A stretch of DNA of 64,000 bases from Thermodesulfobacteriota bacterium (GCA_965223335.1 OZ244991.1:2432001-2496000); one strand, 5' to 3'. Numbered from the stretch's first letter, positions 38,198 to 48,806 are shown. A program made the numbers and translations. Notes: generated by a model not told the origin, from the letters alone.

Positions 38198-40422
38198 CTA
38201 TCGCTTCGAGCTTATGAGCAGCATGGGGCAGTCGGTCTCTCGTGCTATTTGCATAATATGCTCTCCAAACACCTTCTCACGCCTGCTTACCCTTTGAAGC
38301 CCCAGCACTATAAGGTCGGTTTCGGTAGTCTGGCCGATTATCTCACCCGCTACATCTTCGTTCTTTTCAACCTTTACCCTCAGGTGTCCCCTGCCCACCT
38401 GGTCTCCGGCATACACAAACAGGTCCTTGCGCACACGGTCTAGCTCGCCCCACTCGGCACTCTCTGGCATTACGCGCAGGAACGTCACCTCGGGGTTGCC
38501 GCTTCGGCATATACTGCCAAGCACCCTTGCCAACAGTTCACTATGTCCTCCCCTGCCCGCCACCGGCACTAGAACACGATTCGCTTCAGATATGTGCCAC
38601 CCCCGGGGCGCACGCAGCACCACCACATCACAGTCCACCATGCTGATTAGCCTCTCGAGATTATCCACGGTCGTCTCGTCACTAAGTTTTGTGAGCCCAA
38701 CCAAAAGGCTCTCGCACTTATGCTCCCGCGACACTCTTATGATCTCGGGCCAGGACCGCGAAGCTATAGTTGTAAGGGCCTCGGGCTCAAGCCCCATACC
38801 CAGCGACGACACCAGCGCTTGACGAAGCACGTTCTGAGTATCTTTCACGGCTCGATCGTTATCCTCTGGGCCCCAGTTCTCTCCGGGAGTAACGACCGAG
38901 AGCAGCATCACCCTGCCCAGACCCGGAGGTGCCAGTGCATTGGCCATTGCTACCATCGACACTGCGTTGTCAGGGTTGGCTATCGGTACCAGCACAAGCG
39001 GGCTCTTGCCCCTTAGCCTAAGCAGCTCGGGGTCGTACCCCTCTGCCGATGCGTCCACTATCCGCGCCCTGCGCTCAAAGAGAATGTAGTAGAGCACAGC
39101 ACCTAGTCCGAGCCATAAAAGCGCTATCACACCCGCCACCGGCACCACCACGCCCTGGAAAACTGCAAGCGCTATACACGCCGCCATGCCCACCACGGGC
39201 ACAAGCGGAAAGTAAGGCGTTAAGTAGCCGGCAGTGCCCGCGCTGCGCCTTTTCCTGGCCAGGTAGCTTACGAGGTGTGCCAGAGCAAACGTCACAAGGA
39301 ATATCAAACTCGCGGCAGCACCCGCACTGGCAACATCTGGCACGATCAACACCGTGACTATGATGATAAACGACGTGACCATCACCGCCCTCACAGGGTT
39401 ATTGGCCCTGCCCTCGAGCACACTCAGTGTGGTTGGGATGGTACGGTCAGCGGCCATGCTTCTGGCAACGTGCGATGCCGCAAGCAGGTTGGCATAGAGG
39501 GCAGACAACATCGAGAGCACTGCAGCCACAAGCACTATCCAGTACCCGAACTTACCCAGGTAGTTAAACGCAGCCTCGGCCACCACCGCCTCGGGCGCCG
39601 ACTTGCTAAACTCCATAACCCCTACCCCCTCGCCTGTGCCCACTGTCGTAATAATGAGCAGTAGCGGCAGGTAAATGCCCAGTGCAATCAAAAGCGAGAT
39701 TATCATGGCGCGGGGGATGTTTTTGGAGGGGTTTTTTACCTCGCCCCCCACAGCAGCAATCAGGTCAAACCCCTGAAACGCGATGAACGTGTAGCCCATT
39801 GCAGCCAATAGCCCTAATGCACCGAATTCGAAAAACGGTGTGAGGTCGGCCGTGAGCTCCTGGGGGCTTTGGGCCGAGAACGCCCAGAACCGCCGATAAT
39901 GAGGACCGAGAACGCAATGATTTTTCCGATATTGGATACAAGCGCCCCCCCGCCCGGGCGAAACGTAAGCTGTATTGCGTATACAGATGTTGCGATTATT
40001 GCTATTAGCGACGAGGTCCAGGGCTCACGTGCCCACTCGGGGCTTATACCAAAGAGCCCCTCCCAAAGCGCCCCCAGAACGAGTGAGATGAAATACCCCG
40101 CACCCACGGCATATAGGACCGCAGCCATGATCGACGCGAACCACACGACCCACCCCACCGCAAACGCCGAGCGTATGGAAAGCACCTTTTTCGAGAATAT
40201 GTACGTACCACCCGACTCGGGAAACCTTGCCGCAAGCTCGGCAAAACTAAGTGCGGTTAATAGCGCTATGACACCGTTTAGTGCAAAGGCCAGTATGGCG
40301 GACGGCCCCGTGGCGGCAAACGCCACACCCGCGAGCGCAAGTATGCCCCCGCCCACAATGGCGCCCACTCCCACACCTATGGCCCCAAACAGCCCTATCC
40401 TTCTCTCTGTATTTTCTGTCAT
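38198..40422 (-). pseudogene. APC-family amino acid permease with C-terminal universal-stress-protein domains, split by a 1-bp frameshift near 39889
   Basis: Upstream ORF has GAIVGGGIL, AELAARFPESGG; downstream ORF has AFQGFD..A.VGGEVKNP.KNIPRA and USP-like VLVPIAN/VLVPVAG; adding one base at ~39889 gives an unbroken IIGGFWAFSAQ...LLAAMGYTF. Confidence 0.8.
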
Positions 40423-40469
40423 GAAAACCCCGCCCGGTAATTATACGCGACCACGCCTTCTTTAGATAT

Positions 40470-40582
40470 GCTTTAGCTTTGGTTTTCCAATATGGGGTTG
40501 TAAACCCCAATCCCGACATTACGGTAATGGCGTAAAGAAAATAAGATTGAGAGGCGTTAAAAATGGATTTCGGGGCCGCGGG
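40470..40582 (+). repeat. structured element, 5' partial copy
   Basis: tggggtt/aacccca; ccgacattacggtaatggcg...tttcggggccg; ends at gcacactgagtgtgc. Confidence 0.8.
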
Positions 40583-40602
40583 CACACTGAGTGTGCTTTC
40601 AT

Positions 40603-40809
40603 ATCTTTAATCTGTTGCCTTTCCAACATGGGATTGCAAATCCCAGTCCGACATCAGAGATATAGCGTTAAGAAAACAGGGTAGCGCGGAGTTAAAATTG
40701 ATTTTCGGGGCTGCGGTTGGATCAAAATCAATAGCCCGCGCTATCATGGTTTTAGCGTATATCTCGTTAGTCGGTGACTTTTGGCTACTTTTGGTCAAGC
40801 AAAAGTAGC
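40603..40809 (+). ncRNA. structured element, full copy
   Basis: tgggatt/aatccca; gagatata/tatatctc; attgatttt/aaaatcaat; gctactttt/aaaagtagc. Confidence 0.65.
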
Positions 40810-40839
40810 AAATAAATAGGTATGGTATATTTCTCACCA

Positions 40840-41178
40840 ATGACCGAAAACCGCCGTTCCGACATAGACACCTATTACTACTATCTAAACATGATTACGG
40901 AATATGTACGTAACCGCTACGACGACCGCGTGCTTCACTACTGCGAGCTATCGCTACCCCTAATCCCCGCACTTATAGAGCACGAGATCTCACACACAGG
41001 TGAGTTCGATATCTCTACCATTCCTGCAATAGAACTGGGCGCAAGGCTCTGGGCTCTAAGCGGCAACGAACAAAAACTAAACGAGCTCCAACACCTAGTC
41101 GCCTCGCACCCCGAACTCGCCCCCTGGCAGCTCCATATAGATAAGGCATTTGAATTATTGGAGGAAGTAGAGAAGTAA
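40840..41178 (+). CDS. hypothetical protein
   Basis: Helical-looking ORF with coding-like composition; start uncertain (40822 or 40840). Confidence 0.6.
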   Translation: MTENRRSDIDTYYYYLNMITEYVRNRYDDRVLHYCELSLPLIPALIEHEISHTGEFDISTIPAIELGARLWALSGNEQKLNELQHLVASHPELAPWQLHIDKAFELLEEVEK

Positions 41179-41240
41179 CATCTTAGGACTCTTGAAGTAT
41201 GAGTCTTGTGACTTATAAACAACAAAAATATGAGTTGATT

Positions 41241-41684
41241 TTAAGGCACAATCGGTGAACATTGAACTATAAATTCTTCTTCATTTTGATCGGTTACAGT
41301 ACCGTTAAAACCACTGTTGCCGAGTATCTCTTCAATTGTAAATGTCCCAATCCCCGTCATATCTGGATCATCAAATGGTTCAAATTCGCATTCCATATTA
41401 AAGCAGTCAATTTGTTCACATTCCCTGGGTCTAATAAGTACGTCCAGTATCGGTTCTGCAGTTAATTCCATTTCCCCTTCAAAAGATTTACAAATATAAT
41501 TATTGCAAAACATCAGCAATCCGTCAGTAGGACATTGCTCAAACGCAGTCAGTGCATCATCGGTATCAACTGTTTGTATACAAGAATCAGTCCCGTTCCC
41601 ATTATTATTTCCATTAGAACAAGAGAGAGTTAAACCAATGATAAATAGCAACAACATAACAATATGAATTATTGGCAGCTTCAT
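41241..41684 (-). CDS. hypothetical Cys-rich lipoprotein
   Basis: Signal with LSC lipobox; eight further Cys; AT-rich. Confidence 0.7.
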   Translation of the reverse strand: MKLPIIHIVMLLLFIIGLTLSCSNGNNNGNGTDSCIQTVDTDDALTAFEQCPTDGLLMFCNNYICKSFEGEMELTAEPILDVLIRPRECEQIDCFNMECEFEPFDDPDMTGIGTFTIEEILGNSGFNGTVTDQNEEEFIVQCSPIVP

Positions 41685-41721
41685 ACTTGAGTATTATATA
41701 ATTATTTAGATGTAATTTTAA

Positions 41722-41910
41722 CCGTTTTTGCTCTCTAGTGATCTCAATCCCGACATTCAGCTATTAGCGTCAAGAAAAATAGCGCAACAGAAGTCGTAAA
41801 TTGATTTTCGGGGGTGGGGTGGGATAAATCTATTTAGCCTCGATTGATTATTTTTAGCCATTTCCGTACCGTCGGTGACTTTTGGCTACTTTTGGTCAAG
41901 CAAAAGTAGC
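41722..41910 (+). ncRNA. structured element, near-full chimeric copy
   Basis: ccgac...gtcggtgacttttggctacttttggtcaagcaaaagtagc; P1 degenerate; rod arms derive from different variants. Confidence 0.55.
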
Positions 41911-42107
41911 AAAGTAATAGATATTATGGATTGGCCTACTGATATTGAATCCCGTCAAACTTCTCCAGCCATTTAACTATTATTGTTCTTTTGCAGTTTA
42001 AGCGGCACGAGCCGGTCCAGGCACCCATTCGCATTTTTCCCCATAATGTAATAAAATCTATGATCCTTTATCGATGACCATCAATAAAGCAAGAGGAATG
42101 GAGAGCA

Positions 42108-43085
42108 TTGCGATTTAGTCTTGCCCCCATACAATCAAGCGAGGAGTTCGAGGAACTTTCGCGCCAGGCCAAACTGGCCGAATCACTAGGGTTCGACTGC
42201 CTTTGGGCGCACGAGCACCACTCGGGCGGGGCCATGTACCCCTCGCCTCTTATCCTGCTCTCGTTCCTTGCGGGCAAGACCCGCCACATCGCACTTGGTA
42301 CCAACATGCTTCTTTTGCCACTACATCATCCCGTAAGAGTTGCGGAAGAGGCCGCCATGGTAGACGCCGAATCCGAGGGCAGGCTAAGGCTCGGGCTTAG
42401 CGCCGGTTACTCACCCACCGACATGGCCACGTTTAACGTCGATCCGCACAGTAGGGCACACACAATGGAAACCGGTGTCAAGGTCATCCGCGCACTCCTT
42501 AGCGGCGAGCACATGGACCTGGACCAGAGTTTCTCACACCTACACGGCTACACTCTCTTTCCAAAGCCTGTGCAGAGACCCTCGCCCCCCATCTACATGG
42601 GTGCCACGGTGGACCAAGCGGTAAAACGAGCAGCACGCCTGGGCGATGAACTGCTTATAAGCGCCACTCAGCTCCTGGGCGATCTGCCGCGTATGATCTC
42701 GGTCTATCACGCAGAGCTTAGACAGCTCGGACTGCTGCCCGAACAAAAAATCACGACCATAAACCGCATAGTGGCTGTAACGGAATCAAAGTCCGAGACC
42801 GAAGAGGCAGTCAATTTCTTTGCAAACAAGTTTCTTGGGCTCTACGACCGTTGGGGACACAGCAACGTCACCGAACTCAATCAAAACATCAGATCACCCG
42901 AGCAAGTCACACGCGACCACTTTATAATAGGTGAGCCCTCCGAGTGCATCGACCTAATCCAGCGCTACAAAGAGATCGGCATAGGCGAGATCGCTTGTCT
43001 TATGAACTTTGGCGGCCCTCCCCGAGAACTCGTAGACAAGTCCATGCGCCTTTTGGCAAAACACATCATGCCCCATTTCAGTTAG
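42108..43085 (+). CDS. LLM class flavin-dependent oxidoreductase
   Basis: AESLGFD.LW..EHH, LPLHHPVRVAEEAAMVD..SEGRL.LG..AGY, PKPVQRP.PPIY. Confidence 0.92.
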   Translation: MRFSLAPIQSSEEFEELSRQAKLAESLGFDCLWAHEHHSGGAMYPSPLILLSFLAGKTRHIALGTNMLLLPLHHPVRVAEEAAMVDAESEGRLRLGLSAGYSPTDMATFNVDPHSRAHTMETGVKVIRALLSGEHMDLDQSFSHLHGYTLFPKPVQRPSPPIYMGATVDQAVKRAARLGDELLISATQLLGDLPRMISVYHAELRQLGLLPEQKITTINRIVAVTESKSETEEAVNFFANKFLGLYDRWGHSNVTELNQNIRSPEQVTRDHFIIGEPSECIDLIQRYKEIGIGEIACLMNFGGPPRELVDKSMRLLAKHIMPHFS

Positions 43086-43210
43086 AATTTTAGTGTCGGC
43101 CACCGAAACTTATGTATAATTATTGTTCTATGTAAGTTGAACGCTATGTATGAAATCGCTCAAAATACCTGTAATATTACTAAGATAGATGCCAAACTAT
43201 CTATATAGTT

Positions 43211-44854
43211 ATGGAGGATGATATGAATAAAAAAAGATCAATATTTACTACGGCAATAGCTATAACTGTTGTGCTTTGTGCATTCTCAATCGGCTGCAAT
43301 AGTAAAAGCTCGGGCCCACTTCCCATCCCGCCCGATATACAAGAGATATTCGATGATGCCCGCTACCAAGACGGCATCTGGGGGCTTAGGGTTGTGGATG
43401 TAGACACTGGCAAGGTGATCTATAACCAGAACTCAGACCGCCAGTTCCTAATAGGCTCGGTCAGAAAGACCTTTACGATAGGCTTGGCGCTAGAGGAGCT
43501 GGGCCAAAACCATATGTTCAGGACCCCTGTGCACCGCCAAGGCCCAGTGGATACGGATGGTGTACTTAATGGTGATCTGATCCTCGTAGCAGACGGCGAC
43601 CTTACCATGGGGGGCCGACGCAATGCTAACGGCACTATGGCAGTGACCGATTTTGACCATAACGAGGCCAACGCACTCGGCAACGCCGAGCTCAGCAAAC
43701 CCAATCCCCTTGCGGGTTACATCGGGCTTGCCCAGCAGGTCGCAGCCGCGGGTATTACCGAGATCACCGGCGACATTATCATCGACGACAGGCTTTTCCA
43801 GCCCTACTTCTTCCGAGGTGAATTCGACGTACGGCCTATTTTCGTCAACGACGACGTGGTGGACGTGATAATGAACCCTACAACACCGGGCGAGGCCGCT
43901 TCGGTCGACTGGAGGCCCATATCCGAGGCGTTCGATGTGGAATCGGAGCTCGTTACCTCGGGTGTTGGCACAGCAGAGACAGTGGAACTCGAGCCCGAGT
44001 TCCCCCAGTGCATCGGCATGGCTGATTGTGTTGGGGTTGTGAGTGGGGACCTGCCCATAGACTTCGTACCCTCGCTTACAAATGCGTTCCCGTTTATCCA
44101 GACATTTAGGATCACCGAGCCCCAGAACTATGCACGTACTGTATTTATCGAGGCGCTTATGAACGAGGGTGTAGTGATCAACACCAACGTTGTGGGGCCC
44201 AACCCCATTCAAAAACTGCCGCCCCAGGGCTCTTATACCAATGCGACGAAACTAGCCGAGCTCGTCTCACTCCCCTACTCTGAGTACGCTCGCTTGATAT
44301 TGAAAGTTAGTTACAACATCGGCGCCGACACAAGTCTAATCCTCTATGGACTCACACAGGGAGAGGATAGTATGGAGGGAGCACTGCAAACAGAGCTTAC
44401 GAGCTTGGATGAAATATTCGGCATCAAGCCCTCTCAATACAACTTTGTAGACGGCAGCGGCGGCGGCGAGTCGACCGCTACAAACAAAGCAGTCACAAAG
44501 CTGATGATAAGCATAGACCAAAAGCCCTATAGCGGCGCGTTCTTTAACGCTCTGCCTATTTTGGGTGTGGACGGCTCATTGGCATTCGTTACCGACTTTA
44601 CACAAGACGCTTCCCTAGCCGGTGCCGTGGGCAACGTACGCGCCAAGACAGGCACGTTTATCGAGGGACAGCCGTCGGGCCCTCCGATTATCAGGGCTCA
44701 GGCATTGGGGGGTTATGTTATCTCCAAGAGCGGCAAAAAACTCGCTTTTCAGATGGTCGTAAACGATGCCGGCCCATTCAATACCATCGATGATATAACC
44801 GCTATATTCCAGGACCAGGGCCGAATCGCCGCCATAATCTGGAGGGATAATTGA
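43211..44854 (+). CDS. dacB: D-Ala-D-Ala carboxypeptidase/endopeptidase (peptidase S13, PBP4/DacB-like) lipoprotein
   Basis: SxxK (SVRK), SxN (SYN), KTG; GDL.LV..GD, DGSG, LPILGVDGSL; lipobox SIGC. Confidence 0.85.
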   Translation: MEDDMNKKRSIFTTAIAITVVLCAFSIGCNSKSSGPLPIPPDIQEIFDDARYQDGIWGLRVVDVDTGKVIYNQNSDRQFLIGSVRKTFTIGLALEELGQNHMFRTPVHRQGPVDTDGVLNGDLILVADGDLTMGGRRNANGTMAVTDFDHNEANALGNAELSKPNPLAGYIGLAQQVAAAGITEITGDIIIDDRLFQPYFFRGEFDVRPIFVNDDVVDVIMNPTTPGEAASVDWRPISEAFDVESELVTSGVGTAETVELEPEFPQCIGMADCVGVVSGDLPIDFVPSLTNAFPFIQTFRITEPQNYARTVFIEALMNEGVVINTNVVGPNPIQKLPPQGSYTNATKLAELVSLPYSEYARLILKVSYNIGADTSLILYGLTQGEDSMEGALQTELTSLDEIFGIKPSQYNFVDGSGGGESTATNKAVTKLMISIDQKPYSGAFFNALPILGVDGSLAFVTDFTQDASLAGAVGNVRAKTGTFIEGQPSGPPIIRAQALGGYVISKSGKKLAFQMVVNDAGPFNTIDDITAIFQDQGRIAAIIWRDN

Positions 44855-46497
44855 TTATAAAAACGGCGGGTTATTCAGAACAAAAGTCCATTTCGTACAT
44901 ATTAATCTCGTTTTTAATGGCTATCACTTTGGCCTCGATTATCGGCTGCACCAGCCATAGCGGTTCAAGCAATACCCCCATTCCCGACAAGATTCAAAAT
45001 ATCATGGACAAGTCCATTTACTCAGACGCCTCGTGGAGCTTGCGTGTGGTTGATCTCGAGACCAACAAAATTACCTACAACCTAAACCCTAGGGATGTGC
45101 TCTTTACCGGTTCACTACGCAAGACTTTTTCAGTCGGTACGGCCATAGACAAACTCGGGGCTGACCACAGGTTCCGCACACCCGTTCACCGCCAGGGCCA
45201 AATAGATGCGGACGGTGTACTCGATGGAGATCTAATCCTAGTCGCAAGCGGCGACCTTACGATGGGCGGGCGCAATACACCCGAGGGCACTGTTGCATTC
45301 ACTGACTTTGACCACGTTGACGCCAACCCTCTGGGAGGAGCAATACTCACCAAGCCCGACCCGCTAGGGGGCATAAACGAGCTTGCTGCTCAAATTGCCC
45401 AATCGGGCATCACGGAGATAAACGGCGACGTTATCATAGACGACCGGCTTTTCGACTCTTTTGTAGTACCCAACGACGAAAGGCTGATCTCACCGATAGT
45501 GATTAACGACAACCTGATCGATGTTACCATTACTCCCACTGAGTCGGGCGAGCTGGCCATGGTAGACTGGAGGCCCAAAACCTCAGCCTTCGCAGTAGAA
45601 GCAGATGTCGTTACAGTGGACGAGGGTGGGGAGGAAGACGTCACGCTATTTTCATTCGACCCGCCGTGTTTTGGATTCGAGGGCTGCATAGGCAGGGTAC
45701 AGGGACAGATACCCGAAGGCTTTAAACCACAGCTGCCCGGTGTAGACACGTTCGTACAAACTTTTAAGATCGAGGACCCCTCGGCTTTCGCACGCACAGC
45801 ACTCATAGACGCACTAATACGCGAGGGTATGGCAGTCAATACCAATGTCGTAGGCCCGAACCCAAACCACAAGCTCCCGCCACCCGACTCATACACCCAG
45901 TCGACCAAGGTGGCCGAGCTCGTATCACTGCCCTATTCGGAGTACGCCAAGCTCATTCTAAGTGTAAGCCATAACTACGGAGCCAACCTAAGCCTTGCAC
46001 TGCTGGGCGTTGAGAACGGGGTTAGAACCGTCGAGGAATCGCTTGAGGTCGAGCGGGATATATTGGTAAACGAGTTCGGGATACCGGGCGACCAGTTCGA
46101 CTTCCCCACAAACGGCAGCGGCAGCCCCGACAGCCAGGCATCGGGACTCGCAGTGGACCTGCTTATGACCGCAATGAGCACTCTCCCCGTGTTCCCCGAG
46201 TACTTCGATGCATTCCCCGTACTCGGAGGCCCCGGCTCGCTAAGGTTTGCAGACCCCGGAAGCCCCGCCACCGGCAGGGTGCATGCGAAAACAGGCACAT
46301 CACTGGAATTCAGGCCCGCGACTCAAACACTGTTTTTAAAAGCCAATTCACTCGGCGGCTATATCGATGCTCAATCCGACCGACGGCTCATCTTTGTCGT
46401 GTTTGTAAACGGTGTGGTTATTGAGGATTTTGACGAACTTCTCGAGATTAACGACGACCTGGCAAAAATCGCCACAGCCATATATGAATTGAATTAG
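44851..46497 (+). CDS. dacB: second S13/DacB-like paralog
   Basis: SLRK, SHN, AKTGT; clear paralog of the upstream gene; lipobox IIGC. Confidence 0.85.
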   Translation: MIIKTAGYSEQKSISYILISFLMAITLASIIGCTSHSGSSNTPIPDKIQNIMDKSIYSDASWSLRVVDLETNKITYNLNPRDVLFTGSLRKTFSVGTAIDKLGADHRFRTPVHRQGQIDADGVLDGDLILVASGDLTMGGRNTPEGTVAFTDFDHVDANPLGGAILTKPDPLGGINELAAQIAQSGITEINGDVIIDDRLFDSFVVPNDERLISPIVINDNLIDVTITPTESGELAMVDWRPKTSAFAVEADVVTVDEGGEEDVTLFSFDPPCFGFEGCIGRVQGQIPEGFKPQLPGVDTFVQTFKIEDPSAFARTALIDALIREGMAVNTNVVGPNPNHKLPPPDSYTQSTKVAELVSLPYSEYAKLILSVSHNYGANLSLALLGVENGVRTVEESLEVERDILVNEFGIPGDQFDFPTNGSGSPDSQASGLAVDLLMTAMSTLPVFPEYFDAFPVLGGPGSLRFADPGSPATGRVHAKTGTSLEFRPATQTLFLKANSLGGYIDAQSDRRLIFVVFVNGVVIEDFDELLEINDDLAKIATAIYELN

Positions 46498-46646
46498 ATC
46501 TGTTTTGAGTCGTCGTTTCTATTTGACAACCTTCCACACCAAGCATTTAGAGTATTTGCAATGCTTTAATTAAATTAACTCTCTCTTAATTTATAATCTT
46601 ATTTGTGCTATAGTCATCTCAGACCAAAACAAGGCAGGTGTACATT

Positions 46647-47066
46647 ATGAGTAACCCCTCAAGCGATAATCTCAAAATAGCACAAACATTTTACGAGTAT
46701 GTAAATAACGACCCCAACGCTCTTCCGTCAGTTCTCCATCCTGAGATCAGTTGGGAGATCATACCGGGATTCCCCTACGGAGGTAAATACGAAGGGCTCC
46801 AAAGCGTGTTCGAGAATTTTTTTGGCAGTGTGATGCAGCACTTTGAGTTCTGGAACGCAGTCCCCGACGAGTTTATCGACGCTGGTGACAGGATAATTGT
46901 TCTGGGCAATTACAAAACAAAGGCTAAAGAGAGTGGTATGGACGTAACATTGGGTTTTACACACGTTTGGACTTTGAAAGATGGCATGCTCGCACGCCTG
47001 CAACAGAACGCAGATACGGTACAAGTATCTCGGGCTCTCAATAACAACGTCCCCGGATTGGATTAA
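46647..47066 (+). CDS. SnoaL/NTF2-like domain protein
   Basis: LHPEISW....GFPYGG.Y.G...V...FF; FIDAGDRIIVLG.Y; HVWTLKDG. Confidence 0.85.
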   Translation: MSNPSSDNLKIAQTFYEYVNNDPNALPSVLHPEISWEIIPGFPYGGKYEGLQSVFENFFGSVMQHFEFWNAVPDEFIDAGDRIIVLGNYKTKAKESGMDVTLGFTHVWTLKDGMLARLQQNADTVQVSRALNNNVPGLD

Positions 47067-47149
47067 TCGGTCCCCATATCCCCATTGATACCCTATCGCT
47101 AGCTGAACTCCGCTAGCTCGCGGTCCCCATTGTTCGCCTGTTAATAGCT

Positions 47150-47353
47150 TTAGTCTTTAGCCTTTCCAATATGGGATCAGAGATCCCAGTCCCGACATTC
47201 ACATGAACGGCGTTAAGAAAATCGATTGTGCGAGCGTTAAGAATGATATACGGGGTGTGGGCCGAATTATATCATTTAGCTTAAACAAACTATTTTTAGC
47301 ACGTTTATGTGCAGTCGGTGATTTTTGCTTACTTTTCATCTAGGAAAAGTAAG
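47150..47353 (+). ncRNA. structured element, full copy
   Basis: Nearly identical to 4015-4222 but with P1 tgggatc/gatccca and P3 cttactttt/aaaagtaag. Confidence 0.65.
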
Positions 47354-47543
47354 AAGTAAATAGGTAAGCAGTATCGGCTTATCGATATATAATCCCTAGT
47401 GCACTAAACTCCCGGTACTCCCTTTTGAATGGGGTCTCCAGACCCCCTTTTGGTCAAGCAAAAGTAGCAGATTACATCTGCAGGAATATAATTTGTATCG
47501 TGCAATAACGAGACTGTCCCCCCGCTACCCCAATTTATCACTC

Positions 47544-47742
47544 CCCTATCGCTAGCTGAACTCCGCTAGCTCGCGGTCCCCATATACCCATTTATCCCCT
47601 ATCGCTAGCTGAACTCCGCTAGCTCGCGGTCCCCATATCCCCATTTATACCCTGTCGCTAGCTGTACTCCGCTAGCTCGCGGTCCCCATATCCCCATTTA
47701 TACCCTGTCGCTAGCTGTACTCCACTAGCTCCCAGTCCCCAT
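47544..47742 (+). repeat. 53-bp tandem repeat x4 (REP-like unit; a solo copy lies at ~47077-47130)
   Basis: ccct(a/g)tcgctagctg(a/t)actccgctagctcgcggtccccata.. starting at 47544, 47597, 47650, 47703. Confidence 0.9.
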
Positions 47743-47870
47743 TGGCACTTGCGTAATGGTACTCCTTAAAAACGGGGTCCGTGACCCCTGTATGGGGCGT
47801 CCACGCCCCCTTGTTAAAATTGTTATGTTGAATATGATAATATCCAACTTCGAGTGCCGGAGACCACGCA

Positions 47871-48062
47871 ATGTCTACACATAAGAACCACAAACACCAC
47901 AAATCCCATCACGAGGGCGGAAAAAAGATGTCCAAATCCCGCCGAAGTGCATTTATACTGCTAATTATCGCAGCTGTGATATTGATGTTTGTCTACACGG
48001 TAGTGTTTGAGGAAGCCGAAGACGCCCCGCTGGAGCAGGCAGTACCCGAACAAAGCGAATAA
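47871..48062 (+). CDS. small single-TM hypothetical protein
   Basis: GGAG upstream; His/Lys-rich N-terminus, TM helix, acidic tail. Confidence 0.55.
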   Translation: MSTHKNHKHHKSHHEGGKKMSKSRRSAFILLIIAAVILMFVYTVVFEEAEDAPLEQAVPEQSE

Positions 48063-48290
48063 CCCTACGCTAGCTAGATCGGTTATAAAGATAAGTATCA
48101 AGTGTATTGAACAGTGGGCCTACCAGTCGTCTACGTCCCGGCCCTTAAGTACCAACGCCAGTACGAACGCCAGCACGACTGCACAGAAAATCATCGGGAT
48201 CAGATCTTGCATCACACACCTTCCCTGGTGAACTAGCCAACAATCTATATTGTGATCTTAACAGTTTGACAGTGGGAAGTAAACAGCCGG

Positions 48291-48806
48291 CTACAACGTT
48301 TGATACATAGGCTCAGCTTCAGAATTAAACATCACGAGTTCAGTCTCGTTGGTTAGGTAAAGCGGGTGTTTAGGATGGCCGTCTTTGGTCTTACCCATGC
48401 AAAACAATACGTTGCCCAAAATCCCCCGTTTGATAACCTCGTCGGCCCGGTCCATGTAGTTGCCGCCTCGGCCCCAAGCCGCTATTACCACATCCGACTC
48501 CGACGAGTACTTGTGCAAGTACATATCGTTATCCTCGCCTATTGGGTCCTTTGCGATCTTTATGTAGTTAGGGTCACTGGACCTTACAGCAAATAGGTTT
48601 AGTACATGCAACCCTCCAAACCCCCATGACTTGGCAAGCTGCATACAGCGCCTTACAGTCTGGTCGTTGGCAAGGTGGTCGGCCACAGAGGGATTAAGCC
48701 CTACAAACATGCAGTACTTGGCATCTGTGTCCCACTCGCGGGTTAAGACATAGCGCCAGGTTTTACATATAGAAAAAACCGAATCGTTTTCTACAAGATA
48801 TCCCAT
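48291..48806 (-). CDS. DUF1643 domain protein
   Basis: RY.L.REW, FVGLNPS.AD...D.TVRRC, WGFGGL.V.NLFA.RS.DP, IAAWG, TKDG.P.HPLY. Confidence 0.9.
   Translation of the reverse strand: MGYLVENDSVFSICKTWRYVLTREWDTDAKYCMFVGLNPSVADHLANDQTVRRCMQLAKSWGFGGLHVLNLFAVRSSDPNYIKIAKDPIGEDNDMYLHKYSSESDVVIAAWGRGGNYMDRADEVIKRGILGNVLFCMGKTKDGHPKHPLYLTNETELVMFNSEAEPMYQTL

Noticed and set aside
43420..46298. Long antisense ORFs within the DacB-like genes (e.g. 43490-44212)
   Set aside because: Fully overlap confident genes on the opposite strand and show no motifs
3701..47353. Integron attC sites for the structured element
   Set aside because: No RYYYAAC/GTTRRRY ends were seen, it is multi-hairpin, it does not occur one per gene, and there is no integrase
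3701..47353. tRNA, riboswitch or simple terminator identity for the element
   Set aside because: No cloverleaf or T-loop, no aptamer consensus I recognise, position relative to genes is inconsistent, and P3 is not followed by a U-tract on the + strand
47544..47742. CRISPR array
   Set aside because: The 53-bp units are contiguous with no unique spacers, and there are no cas genes in the window
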